Assembly (NCBI GenBank): GCA_964573245.1
Contig: CAZNJA010000009.1
Location: 1-38,493 of the forward strand
DNA length: 38,493 nucleotides
Origin: an uncultured bacterium
GTDB lineage: Bacteria > CAIJMQ01
Direction: 5' to 3'
Part shown: piece after piece, positions 9,452 to 18,731 of the stretch
How the letters are laid out: every line of letters begins with the position of its first letter
Position numbering within the stretch: position 1 is the stretch's first letter
Translations under genes and position numbers: made by a program
Notes under the pieces: generated by a model
What the model was told of the DNA's origin: nothing
Database searches by the model: none
Seen by the model: only the letters and a program-made list of their open reading frames with translations

Positions 9452-10150
9452 TTAGTTGTCGGGATTTAAGAAATAAGGGTCATCGAAACCTGGTATATCC
9501 CATTCATAGAGAATTGCAACAGGAAATCGCCCCTGAACTTTTCTGCTCTTAATCCATCTTACTGCTCCAGCAGCGTACAAAACATTTACGCCTGCAGTAG
9601 TATGATTAAGATTCCACATATCATTGTTGCTTGACCAAGTGAGGTTAAAATTATTGCATCCAGTATATACCTGGTCCCCTGTGCCTGTTCTGCCTCTCGT
9701 CATATCCATGGCTATTGCTGTATCTGCTCTAACCGCTTCATTCAAGCCCATATGATAGGCATAGTGACATCTAGAAACGCCTGTATTAATAAAAGTCGCA
9801 AGATCTTTGGCTGGCTCAGGTGCGATGGGATTACTCGGACAGATATAAATCTTAAAGCCTCTAATATATTCCGGGTATAGACGTGCAAAACTTCCCTTTA
9901 CTGTGCCCACAGCGGGGTCAATAGCAGAGTCTCCATTAACATCGCCCAATGGAAATTTTTCGTCATGCTCGCCGGCAAACAGATGAATTCCAAGACTAAT
10001 TTGCTTCAGGTTATTTTGGCAAACGGAACGTCTTGCGCTTTCTCTTGCTCTGGCTAGTGCGGGTAGAAGAATAGCAGCCAAAATACCTATTATAGCAATA
10101 ACAACCAACAGCTCTATCAATGTGAAACCCTTCCTATTCCTTTGCATCAT
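9452..10150 (-). CDS. Prepilin-type N-terminal cleavage/methylation protein, DUF1559-like
   Basis: [80 protein letters not shown]. Confidence 0.9.
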   Translation of the reverse strand: MMQRNRKGFTLIELLVVIAIIGILAAILLPALARARESARRSVCQNNLKQISLGIHLFAGEHDEKFPLGDVNGDSAIDPAVGTVKGSFARLYPEYIRGFKIYICPSNPIAPEPAKDLATFINTGVSRCHYAYHMGLNEAVRADTAIAMDMTRGRTGTGDQVYTGCNNFNLTWSSNNDMWNLNHTTAGVNVLYAAGAVRWIKSRKVQGRFPVAILYEWDIPGFDDPYFLNPDN

Positions 10151-10229
10151 TTTTGTTTCCCTCCTCTTTTTTCGCTTATCCCCGGCAGGATAAGGTTTGA
10201 ATTTTTAAACTATTTTAACTTTTTTTAGG

Positions 10230-10258
10230 TTTATACCCCAATTATCTGCCTTTGTCAA
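10230..10258 (-). promoter_or_regulatory. Near-consensus sigma70 promoter of the prepilin-like pair
   Basis: Minus strand TTGACA (10258-10253), 17 nt, TATAAA (10235-10230). Confidence 0.7.
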
Positions 10259-10332
10259 GGTATTGTCAACCACACATTAGAGACTATATCTCATATTCAA
10301 CGATGGGCGGACCATTTCAATGGAGTCATCCC

Positions 10333-11772
10333 TTATAGAATTTCCAGTTTTTTTCTTATCAATTCGTTAACTACTTTGGGGTTAGCTTTGCCTTTCATGT
10401 TTTTCATTACTTGTCCTACAAGAAAGCCGAGCGTTTCCGTTTTGCCTTTTTTAAAATCGTCCACAGCGCCTTTATTTTCTCCAAGCACTTTATCCACCGC
10501 TTTTGATATTTCTTCCTCATCCGTTACCTGAGTAAGCCCCTTTTCTTTTATTATTTCTTCGGGCGATTTTCCCTGTTCTATAATTTGGGGGAATATATTC
10601 TTTGCGATATTTTGGTTGATAATGTCTTTGTTCACATAAGTGGTCAATTCAACTAATTTTTCGGGAGTAATCTTGGTCTTACTTATAGTCGTATTATGTT
10701 CGTTTAAATATCTCATAATAGGACCTATAATCCAGTTGACAATTTCTTTGGGTGAAATGCTCTCTTCCGATTTTAAACATTCTTCAAAAAAATCCGCCGT
10801 TTCTTTGTCCGATATGATTATATTTGAATCGTATTCATCTAAACCGTATTTGGTTATGAACTTTTCTTTGCGCATACTTGGAAGCTCAGGCAATTCCTTT
10901 TTTACTTTCTGTATTTCTTCGTCTGAAATAAAAAGCGCGGGCAAATCCGGTTCGGGGAAATATCTGTAATCGTGCGCTTCTTCTTTGCTGCGCATTGAGC
11001 GTGTTATTTGCTCTTTTCCGTCCCATAATCTTGTTTCTTGTGAAACCTTTTCGCCTTTTTTCAGCATTTCCGTTTGTCTTTTTATTTCATAGCGGATAGA
11101 CGAAAGGACAATTTTAAAGGAATTTAAGTTTTTTATTTCAACTCTGGGTGGCAGATGCGTTTGTCCTTTTTCTCTTACGGAAATATTCGCTTCAAACCTC
11201 AAAGAACCTTCCTGCATCTTGCAATCGGAAATTTCTATATATAGCAATATATCCCTCAAAGTATTCATAAATATTTCTACTTCTTCGGGGCTCCTCATAT
11301 CTGGTTTTGTTACGATTTCCACAAGCGGTATGCCTGTGCGGTTAAGGTCTACCAACGAGCCCTTGCCATTTTCAAGATGTATGTTCTTACCCGCATCCTC
11401 TTCAAGATGAATATTGTCCATTCCGACTTTATTAGGAATATCTTTAGTTTTAATTTCAAGAAATCCGTCTTGGGCAAAAGGCAGATATTGTTGCGAAATC
11501 TGATAGTTTTTGGGAAGGTCGGGATAGTAATAATTTTTTCTGTCGAATATCGTCTGCTGGTTGATTGTGCAGTTTAGTACTAAAGCAGTTCTAATCATAT
11601 ATTCAACAGCTTTAGCATTTACTACAGGAAGCACGCCGGGAAGCCCCATACATACAGGACAGACTTGTGAGTTTGGCGATGCTCCGAATTTAGTGGAACA
11701 TCCGCAAAAAAGTTTTGTTTCGGTTGCCAATTCAGCGTGGATTTCTAATCCTATTACTGGTTCGTATGTCAT
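10333..11772 (-). CDS. gatB: Asp/Glu-tRNA amidotransferase subunit B
   Basis: VIGLEIHAEL, FDRKNYYYPDLPK, HLEEDAGK, EIKNLNS, RSKEEAHDYRYFPEPDL, GKANP. Confidence 0.98.
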   Translation of the reverse strand: MTYEPVIGLEIHAELATETKLFCGCSTKFGASPNSQVCPVCMGLPGVLPVVNAKAVEYMIRTALVLNCTINQQTIFDRKNYYYPDLPKNYQISQQYLPFAQDGFLEIKTKDIPNKVGMDNIHLEEDAGKNIHLENGKGSLVDLNRTGIPLVEIVTKPDMRSPEEVEIFMNTLRDILLYIEISDCKMQEGSLRFEANISVREKGQTHLPPRVEIKNLNSFKIVLSSIRYEIKRQTEMLKKGEKVSQETRLWDGKEQITRSMRSKEEAHDYRYFPEPDLPALFISDEEIQKVKKELPELPSMRKEKFITKYGLDEYDSNIIISDKETADFFEECLKSEESISPKEIVNWIIGPIMRYLNEHNTTISKTKITPEKLVELTTYVNKDIINQNIAKNIFPQIIEQGKSPEEIIKEKGLTQVTDEEEISKAVDKVLGENKGAVDDFKKGKTETLGFLVGQVMKNMKGKANPKVVNELIRKKLEIL

Positions 11773-11792
11773 ATAAAAATCTAAAAACTCCT

Positions 11793-11863
11793 GATTCTAG
11801 ATGCTCAATTTTGGATTCTCGTTAATAAAATTTAATTCTTTGTTTCTACTAGTATCAAGTATC
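11793..11863. repeat. Heptamer-arm inverted element, family C (GATRCTR / YAGYATC), between gatA and gatB
   Basis: gattcta gatgctc ... gattctc, loop gttaataaaatttaattctttgtttctac, then tagtatc aagtatc; arms and loop resemble 37828-37914. Confidence 0.6.
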
Positions 11864-11878
11864 GGTTTATTTTTCACT

Positions 11879-13366
11879 TTATATTATGGGTTTCTTCATA
11901 TGGTATTCCGTATTCTGTTCAAATGTGAAAGCGGTCTGTAAAATTTTCCCTTCATCAAAAGGTTTTCCGATAATTTGAAGACCTATCGGCAGTTTATCGG
12001 AGGAAAACCCGCAAGGTATAGAGATAGCAGGAAGTCCGGCCAAGTTTACGGGAATCGTGAATATATCAGAAAGATACATCTTTAATGGGTCGGAAACTTT
12101 CTCCCCTATTTTGAAAGCAGGCGTCGGAGAAACAGGCGTGACAATTACATCGCATTTTTTGAACACCTCATCAAAATCATTTTTTATCAGCGTTCTGACC
12201 TTTAGAGCTTTTAGGTAATATGCTTCATAATAGCCCGAAGACAAGGCATAAGTTCCAAGCATTATTCTTCTTTTTACCTCTTCGCCGAAACCCTCGTCTC
12301 GTGTTTTCTCGTACATATCAACGATTGAACTCACTTTGCTGTCTTCCGTCTTCTGCTTGCTGTTTGCTGTTCTATGTCCATAATGAACTCCGTCGTATCG
12401 CGCAAGGTTAGAGCTGGCTTCTGCAGGCGCAATAATATAATACGTTGCAACTGCATATTCTGTATGAGGTAAGGAAACCTCTACAATTTCGGCGCCCAAT
12501 TTCTTGAAAGTTTCTATAGCGTTTAAAATTGCTTTTTCGACTTCTTTATCCATCCCTTCGACAAAATATTCCTTAGGAATTCCTATTTTTAATTTTTTGG
12601 CATTGTTTATTAAATGCTTTGTATAATCCGGCACACTTTCACCAACAGAAGTAGAATCCATCGGGTCATGTCCTGCTATTACATTTAGAAGAATAGCTGT
12701 ATCTTGGACATCTTTTGTAAATGTGCCAATCTGGTCTAGGGAAGATGCAAATGCCACAAGCCCATATCGCGATACTCTTCCATAAGTGGGTTTTAATCCT
12801 ACGACTCCGCACATGCTTGCCGGCTGACGGATAGAGCCGCCCGTATCCGACCCCAATGACATAATTGCAAAATCGGCCGCCACACAAGCTGCAGAACCGC
12901 CCGAAGAACCGCCGGGTATAACCGAAAAGTCCCACGGATTTCTACATACTCCATAAGCAGAATTTTCGGTTGAAGAACCCATAGCGAATTCGTCCATGTT
13001 GGTTTTACCCAAAATTATGACATTCGCTTTTTTGAATTTTTCTGTAACTGTTGCGTCATAAATAGGGATATAATTTGATAGTATTTTTGAACCGCAAGTG
13101 GTTTTTATATTTCTTGTCGAGATAAGATCTTTTATTGCAATTGGAATGCCTGATAATGCTCCTATTTTTTCACCTTCACTTATTTTTTTGTCCACTTTTT
13201 CGGCTTCCTGCAAAGCCGACTCTTTGGTAAGAGTAATATAAGAATTTATATTTTTATCTAATTTTTCTATGCGCTCATAAATATTTTTTGCAATTTCAAG
13301 CGAAGAAGTTTTCTTCTCCACAAGCAGTTTATTTAATTCGTGAGCGGTTAATTCGTATAATTCCAT
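11879..13366 (-). CDS. gatA: Asp/Glu-tRNA amidotransferase subunit A
   Basis: [46 protein letters not shown]; start set at the ATG (MELYEL) rather than the TTG at 13372. Confidence 0.98.
   Translation of the reverse strand: MELYELTAHELNKLLVEKKTSSLEIAKNIYERIEKLDKNINSYITLTKESALQEAEKVDKKISEGEKIGALSGIPIAIKDLISTRNIKTTCGSKILSNYIPIYDATVTEKFKKANVIILGKTNMDEFAMGSSTENSAYGVCRNPWDFSVIPGGSSGGSAACVAADFAIMSLGSDTGGSIRQPASMCGVVGLKPTYGRVSRYGLVAFASSLDQIGTFTKDVQDTAILLNVIAGHDPMDSTSVGESVPDYTKHLINNAKKLKIGIPKEYFVEGMDKEVEKAILNAIETFKKLGAEIVEVSLPHTEYAVATYYIIAPAEASSNLARYDGVHYGHRTANSKQKTEDSKVSSIVDMYEKTRDEGFGEEVKRRIMLGTYALSSGYYEAYYLKALKVRTLIKNDFDEVFKKCDVIVTPVSPTPAFKIGEKVSDPLKMYLSDIFTIPVNLAGLPAISIPCGFSSDKLPIGLQIIGKPFDEGKILQTAFTFEQNTEYHMKKPII
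12339..12373 (-). repeat. Degenerate heptamer tract in frame in gatA
   Basis: ctgtctt ccgtctt ctgcttg ctgtttg ctgttct; encodes [12 protein letters not shown]. Confidence 0.6.
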
Positions 13367-13378
13367 GTTCAATCCCTT

Positions 13379-14124
13379 AAATCAAAAATTAAAAATCAAA
13401 TATCAAAAATACATATCAAAATGCAAAAAGAAATAAATCCGAATTATTTATTAGACCTTGCTTTCCGTTCTTGAATACTTTTTAATAAATAAGGCGCAGC
13501 TTCTTCGTAGGTTTTACCTGATTTTATGCTGTTACAAACAAGGCAGCTTGTTTTCAGGTTGTCTTTTGTATGCTTTCCTTCTTTGCTTTGGGGTATCAAG
13601 TGGTCAAGTGTTGCGTTTTGGAAAGTTACTTTTTCACCGCAATAAAAACAGGTCCATTTATCTCTTTCAAAAATTTCTTTTCTTTTTTCTTCATCAGTAA
13701 AATAATTTTCCTCTTTCGGATCTTGAGTAATTGAAAGTTTTTCTTTTACTAAAGGAATTTCCTCCGGAAGAAAAACAATATATAGTGTTCCGTCGCGGTT
13801 AATATCGCCAACTTTAATGCAGCTTTTTTCTTCAAGTCCCTTAACCAATTTCGTAACATGGGCGTAATTCGTTTTTTCACCACGAGAACCTTTGCCGTAA
13901 TTTTCTGCAATAGTCCTTTTGCCAATTCGGATTTTAGGAGAATTATTTTTTATATGCGAATTGCGCAAAAAGAAAATATAAAGCGATGCCTCGTAGGGAG
14001 TAAGTTCGGGTACCAAAAAATCTACATATTGCTCAATTATAGCTTTTATATCTTTTGACATATTAGTTTCTTAATTTTGATTTTTGATTTGTCATTTTGC
14101 ATTTTAATTTTTGATTTTTACATT
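13379..14124 (-). mobile_element. Family A heptamer-arm element carrying an HNH gene, between gatC and gatA
   Basis: Arm 13379-13428 and arm 14073-14124 match the empty copies at 35281-35424 and 5705-5884; mobility is inferred. Confidence 0.6.
13444..14061 (-). CDS. HNH endonuclease with a probable N-terminal winged-HTH domain
   Basis: IFERDKWTCFYCG, DHLIPQSKEGKHTKDNLKTSCLVCNSIK (CxxC...DH...N...CxxCN); N-terminal half LTPYEASLY..L...IA...V...L.EK..I looks wHTH-like. Confidence 0.88.
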   Translation of the reverse strand: MSKDIKAIIEQYVDFLVPELTPYEASLYIFFLRNSHIKNNSPKIRIGKRTIAENYGKGSRGEKTNYAHVTKLVKGLEEKSCIKVGDINRDGTLYIVFLPEEIPLVKEKLSITQDPKEENYFTDEEKRKEIFERDKWTCFYCGEKVTFQNATLDHLIPQSKEGKHTKDNLKTSCLVCNSIKSGKTYEEAAPYLLKSIQERKARSNK

Positions 14125-14131
14125 TATTACT

Positions 14132-14425
14132 CTATTCTATGATTGGAGGGACTTTAAAATATCCTCTTTCTTTATCGGGCGCGTTTTTTAGCACTTCTTC
14201 TACGGGAAAAGAGGGTTTTATAATATCTTTTCTTCTGACGTTTCCTAAAAGGACAACCTGCAAAGTCGGCTCTATATTGGACGTATCAAGCTGGTTTAAT
14301 TTGTCTATATATTCAAGTATAGTGTTTAATTGTTGCGTGAATTTTCCTATCTCGTCTTCTTTTAATTTTAACCGAGATAATTTCGCAACATGTTCAATGT
14401 CTTTTTTGGTTATGATATTTTTCAT
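14132..14425 (-). CDS. gatC: Asp/Glu-tRNA amidotransferase subunit C
   Basis: ITKKDIEHVAKLSRL, L..LDT..IEPT, NAP....YFKVP. Confidence 0.96.
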   Translation of the reverse strand: MKNIITKKDIEHVAKLSRLKLKEDEIGKFTQQLNTILEYIDKLNQLDTSNIEPTLQVVLLGNVRRKDIIKPSFPVEEVLKNAPDKERGYFKVPPIIE

Positions 14426-14459
14426 TTTTTTATCTAAAATCCTATCTTTTTCTTTTTTA

Positions 14460-15632
14460 TTATCCTTGTATCGCTTTCTTTATTCCTCTTAATGCCTGTT
14501 TTATTCTATGTTCGTTTTCTACTAAAGCAAACCTTAAAAATCCTTCGCCGTCATTGCCGAATCCAATGCCTGGAGAACATACCACATTCGCCTCTTTTAA
14601 AAGACGAATCGAAAAATTCAAAGAACCTTCTTGCCTAAATTTTTCGGGAATTGGCGCCCATACATACATTGTGGCTTTTGGTAATTCCACATGCCAACCC
14701 ATTCTATCAAGACCGTTGAGAAGAGCATCTCTTCTGATTTTATAGTTCTCTAAAGTTTTTTCTACATAATCCTGCGGACCATTTAAAGCCTGAATAGTGG
14801 CTACCTGAATCGGAGTAAATATTCCATAATCATAATAACTTTTAATCTTTGTAAGAGCGCCGACGATACCTTTATTGCCAACCAAAAAGCCCACACGCCA
14901 GCCAGCCATGTTATATGTCTTGGAAATAGAATAGAATTCCACCCCTATTTTTTTCGCGTCTTTTGCCTGCATAAATGATGGAGCTTTATAACCATCAAAA
15001 CATATATCTGCATAAGCAAAGTCGTGTATTACGATCAATTTATGTTTTTTTGCGAATTTTACTATTTCTTCAAAGAATTCTATTGACGCTGTTTTTGTTG
15101 TGGGGTTATGAGGAAAAGATATAACTAAAACTTTTGCTTTCGGAGCTCTTTTTTTGATAGTATTTTCCAATTCGGGAATAAAAGAATTCTCATCTACTAA
15201 TGGCGTTGTTACAAGATTACCTCCGGCAATAGCAATATGATAAATATGGGAAGGATAAGTAGGCGTCGGGACTATTACAGTATCTTTCTCGTTTAATATA
15301 GCTAATGCAAGGTGAGAAAATCCTTCTTTTACCCCTATGCATACAGCAGCTTCCGTTTCAGGGTTTAATTTTACGCCATATTTTTCTTCATATCTTCTTG
15401 TAATAGCTTCCCTTAAATGGGGAATACCCTTTGAGGCAGAATAACCGTGGACTTTCTGTTTTTGAACGGTTTCAATTAGTTTTTCTATTATTTTTGGAGA
15501 AGGAGGTTGGTCAGGATTGCCCATTCCCAAGTCAACAATATCTCTGCCTTCTTTTCTTGCCTCGCTTTTAAGTTTATTTAATCTTGCAAATATATAAGTA
15601 GGCAATTTTGAAATTCTGTTAGATTCAATCAT
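14460..15632 (-). CDS. PLP-dependent class I aminotransferase, AlaC/LL-DAP aminotransferase-like
   Basis: DLGMGNPD, HGYSASKG, FPHNPT, HDFAY, SISKTYNMAGWRVG, KSYYDYGIFTPIQVA; start moved to MIESNR because the upstream extension is a repeat arm. Confidence 0.88.
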   Translation of the reverse strand: MIESNRISKLPTYIFARLNKLKSEARKEGRDIVDLGMGNPDQPPSPKIIEKLIETVQKQKVHGYSASKGIPHLREAITRRYEEKYGVKLNPETEAAVCIGVKEGFSHLALAILNEKDTVIVPTPTYPSHIYHIAIAGGNLVTTPLVDENSFIPELENTIKKRAPKAKVLVISFPHNPTTKTASIEFFEEIVKFAKKHKLIVIHDFAYADICFDGYKAPSFMQAKDAKKIGVEFYSISKTYNMAGWRVGFLVGNKGIVGALTKIKSYYDYGIFTPIQVATIQALNGPQDYVEKTLENYKIRRDALLNGLDRMGWHVELPKATMYVWAPIPEKFRQEGSLNFSIRLLKEANVVCSPGIGFGNDGEGFLRFALVENEHRIKQALRGIKKAIQG

Positions 15633-15642
15633 ATTAGTTTTC

Positions 15643-15793
15643 AATAACCAAGATACAAGAAGCAATAACCAAACAATACCCAAATCCCAAGTTCCAATAA
15701 ACAAATCCTTGTTTCTTTTGCTTATATTTGTTTGGTGATTGATTATTGGTCATTGGTAATTATTTGTATCTTGTTTCTTGGTGTTTGGTTATT
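15643..15793. repeat. Heptamer-arm inverted element, family B, between pilT and the aminotransferase gene
   Basis: Arm 15643-15705 (aataacc aagatac aagaagc aataacc...) is roughly complementary to arm 15727-15793 (...ttgtatc ttgtttc ttggtgt ttggtta). Confidence 0.75.
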
Positions 15794-15798
15794 CATTC

Positions 15799-16848
15799 TT
15801 ACATTTTCTTGAAATCCAACGGGTTTTTGGCTCGTGAAAGCGCTGTTTCGTAAGTAATCAATCCTTTTTGATACAGTTCTTTTAAGCATTTATCCATGCT
15901 CTGCATTCCGAATTGTGCCCCGGTCTGTATGCTTGAAGGAATCTGTTCAGTCCTTTGTTCTCGTATAAGAGCACGTGTTGCAGATGTTGCAATGAGTATT
16001 TCGGTGGCAAGAATTCTGCCTTCTTGGTCCGCGCGCGGAAGCAGCAGCTGCGATATTATCGCTTGCAAACATCCCGAAAGTTGTATTTTTATCTGTTGCT
16101 GTTGATGAGGTGGGAAAACATCAATTATACGGTCTATGGTTTGCGGAGCATCGGGTGTATGCAGCGTGGTAAGGACTAAATGTCCGGTTTCAGCCGCAGT
16201 CAAAGCCGTGGCTATCGTCTCCAAATCTCTCATCTCGCCGACACTTATCACATCCGGGTCTTGACGCAACGTGTATTTCAAAGCGTTTGCAAAACTCAAA
16301 GTGTCAGAGCCGACTTCTCTTTGTTTTACTACTCCCTGCTTGTTTGTATGAATATATTCTATGGGATCTTCCACCGTTATTATTAGATACTTATTTTCTT
16401 CGTTTATCCTATCCACCAAAGAAGCCAAAGTTGTGGTTTTTCCCATGCCTGTTGGTCCTGTGACTATAATCATTCCGTTAGGTCTATCAATTAATGTTTT
16501 TACGATTTCAGGTAAATTAAGTTCTTCAACTGCTGGAATTTTTAGCGGCACCACTCTCAAAGCAGCCTCTACATTACCTCTTTGTATATGGACGTTCACC
16601 CTAAATCGTGTAACTTTTGGAATGTTTAACGAGAAATCTAATTCTTTTTTCTCTTCAAATATGACTTTTTGAGAGTCCGAAAGAAATCCGTAAATGAGTT
16701 TCTTTGTGTCTTCGCCTTTCATAAGTGGATAATCTTCCGCCAAAATAAGCTCACCGTTTATTCTAAAAACGGGCGGAGCATTGGCGATAATATGCAGGTC
16801 TGAAGCATTTATTTGAACGGCTTCTTTTAAAAGTTCCGCTATTTCCAT
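15799..16848 (-). CDS. pilT: Type IV pilus retraction ATPase PilT
   Basis: ASDLHI, GPTGMGKTTT, TVEDPIEY, QREVG.D, LRQDPDVI.VGEMRD, AETGHLV..TLHT, GMQSMD. Confidence 0.92.
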   Translation of the reverse strand: MEIAELLKEAVQINASDLHIIANAPPVFRINGELILAEDYPLMKGEDTKKLIYGFLSDSQKVIFEEKKELDFSLNIPKVTRFRVNVHIQRGNVEAALRVVPLKIPAVEELNLPEIVKTLIDRPNGMIIVTGPTGMGKTTTLASLVDRINEENKYLIITVEDPIEYIHTNKQGVVKQREVGSDTLSFANALKYTLRQDPDVISVGEMRDLETIATALTAAETGHLVLTTLHTPDAPQTIDRIIDVFPPHQQQQIKIQLSGCLQAIISQLLLPRADQEGRILATEILIATSATRALIREQRTEQIPSSIQTGAQFGMQSMDKCLKELYQKGLITYETALSRAKNPLDFKKM

Positions 16849-16867
16849 TTAATTTCTCCTTCTCTTA

Positions 16868-17968
16868 TTAAAGAATCTCTTCTTTAGTTCCTTTGAAAAT
16901 ACCCTTTGTTTTAAGAGAAAATTCGGTTGGAGCATCACTCATTTGCATTGCATATTCGTATGAAATTTCCCCTTCGCGATAAAGTTTAAGAAGCGCTTGC
17001 GTGAAGGTTTGCATGCCGAAAGTTCCCCCCTGTTCGATTGCTTCCCTTATTTCCAGGATTTTGTCCTCCATAATCAATTTTTGAATTGTGGGGGTTGGTA
17101 TCATAATCGAAACCGCTGGAATTCTCTCACCTTTTAAAGTTGTTAATAACCTTAAAGAAATTACTCCTTTCAATATATAAGCAAGCTGAACTCTCATCTG
17201 CGTTTGAATATATGGCGGGGAAAAATTCACGATTCTTTCTATAGTTGCCGGCGCATCAATCGTATGTAAAGTGGAAAAAACCAAATGCCCTGTTTCTGCC
17301 GCCATTATTGCAGCCTCTGCCGTAAGAGTATCTCTGGTTTCGCCGATAAATATTACATCGGGACTTTGTCTTATTATGTGTTTTAAAGCCGACGCAAATG
17401 AGTCAGTATCTGTTCCTATTTCTCGCTGATTGATAAACGACTTTTTATCTTCATGTAAAAACTCAATAGGGTCTTCTATAGTAACTATGTGCGACTCTTT
17501 ATTTTGATTTATAAACTCTATCATTGAGGCAATAGTGGTGGATTTTCCGCATCCTGCAGGACCTGTAACCAAAATTAATCCTCTTGGCTCCAATGAAAGT
17601 TTTTTCAGTGTTTCGGGTGGGAGATTAAGTTCTTCAAACGTGGCTATTTTTTTCTTCACTTCTCTAAAAACTATTCCGACTTCCCTCTGTTGGATGAACA
17701 TATTGACTCTGAAACGGCCCCACTTGGCAGAACTGTAAGCCAAATCCAATTCTTTATGTTTGGCAAAAGATTCCCTTTGTCCGTCACGCATTATCGTTTG
17801 AGATATCGTTTCAATATCCTCGCTGGAAATACTTTTGTCCGAAACGGGTTGAACTCCCCTGCTGGTGCGTATGCGGGCTGCGCTACCAACTTTAAAATAA
17901 AGGTCGGAAGCATTTTCTTTGAGCATTATTCCAAGAAAATCGTCCAGATTGAACTTTTTTTCACTCAT
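16868..17968 (-). CDS. PilT/PilU family ATPase, second paralogue
   Basis: ASDLY, GPAGCGKSTT, TIEDPIEF, RQSPDVIFIGETRD, ETGHLVFSTLHT, GMQTF; ATG start at MSEKK. Confidence 0.9.
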   Translation of the reverse strand: MSEKKFNLDDFLGIMLKENASDLYFKVGSAARIRTSRGVQPVSDKSISSEDIETISQTIMRDGQRESFAKHKELDLAYSSAKWGRFRVNMFIQQREVGIVFREVKKKIATFEELNLPPETLKKLSLEPRGLILVTGPAGCGKSTTIASMIEFINQNKESHIVTIEDPIEFLHEDKKSFINQREIGTDTDSFASALKHIIRQSPDVIFIGETRDTLTAEAAIMAAETGHLVFSTLHTIDAPATIERIVNFSPPYIQTQMRVQLAYILKGVISLRLLTTLKGERIPAVSIMIPTPTIQKLIMEDKILEIREAIEQGGTFGMQTFTQALLKLYREGEISYEYAMQMSDAPTEFSLKTKGIFKGTKEEIL

Positions 17969-17990
17969 AATAATCAATTATACTATACTA

Positions 17991-18701
17991 CTATTCCTTT
18001 TTGAAAAATTCTATAAAAATTTCCGCTAATTTTTCTTCTATTTGTTTTTTAGGTGGGCATCGTTCTTTCAACTGTTCTTTCATAGAAGTAACGCCTCTTC
18101 CGAGCCCGCAGGGATTAATCATCGTAAAATACTGCATGTTTGGGCTTACATTTAAAGCAAAACCATGATAAGTAACCCATCTGCTTACTGCTATTCCGAT
18201 AGATGCGATTTTTTCATTACCCACCCCATTAGAAATCTTCCGATATTCATCGGAGGCAGTCGCCTTCGGCGCCTTATTTCTAACGGGGTAAACCCAGACA
18301 CCGGTCATCCCCTTAATTCTTTTAGCTTGTATATTAAACTTTTCCAATAATCTTATAATCACTTCTTCAAGCATTCTAAGATAAAGATGAATATCTTTGC
18401 CATAATTTTTCAAATCGATTATTGGATAGCCTACTATTTGCCCTGGCCCGTGATATGTAATATCACCGCCTCGGTCAACTTCAATGATCTCTATCCCCTC
18501 TTCTTTTATTCTTTCCAAAGAAACGAGTATATTATTCCCTTTGCCGCTTTTTCCTATTGTAAAAACAGGAGGATGTTCTACTAACATTAATGTGTCGGGG
18601 ATTTTTTCTTGTTGTTTTTTTCTGACGAGTTCTTTTTGAATTTCACATGTTCGCCGATAATCTTCAAGTCCGAGTTTTAATATATTGATCATTTTCGACA
18701 T
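17991..18701 (-). CDS. lipB: Lipoyl(octanoyl) transferase
   Basis: EHPPVFTIG, DRGGDITYHGPGQ, TGVWV, KIASIG, HGFALN, INPCG; 23-aa insert between GVWV and GNEK. Confidence 0.96.
   Translation of the reverse strand: MSKMINILKLGLEDYRRTCEIQKELVRKKQQEKIPDTLMLVEHPPVFTIGKSGKGNNILVSLERIKEEGIEIIEVDRGGDITYHGPGQIVGYPIIDLKNYGKDIHLYLRMLEEVIIRLLEKFNIQAKRIKGMTGVWVYPVRNKAPKATASDEYRKISNGVGNEKIASIGIAVSRWVTYHGFALNVSPNMQYFTMINPCGLGRGVTSMKEQLKERCPPKKQIEEKLAEIFIEFFKKE
18222..18290 (-). repeat. 69-bp composite palindromic element in frame in lipB
   Basis: Outer IR accccattagaaat / atttctaacggggt (13 of 14 pairs) enclosing tccgat-attc-atcgga and cgcc-ttc-ggcg hairpins. Confidence 0.85.
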
Positions 18702-18731
18702 TAAATGTTCTTTAATTTGAAACTTCTTACC

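Noticed and set aside
15633-15704. Hydrophobic N-terminal extension (MFIGTWDLGIVWLLLLVSWLL) as a signal or membrane anchor
   Set aside because: It is the translation of a heptamer repeat arm from a TTG; aminotransferase similarity starts at ATG 15632.
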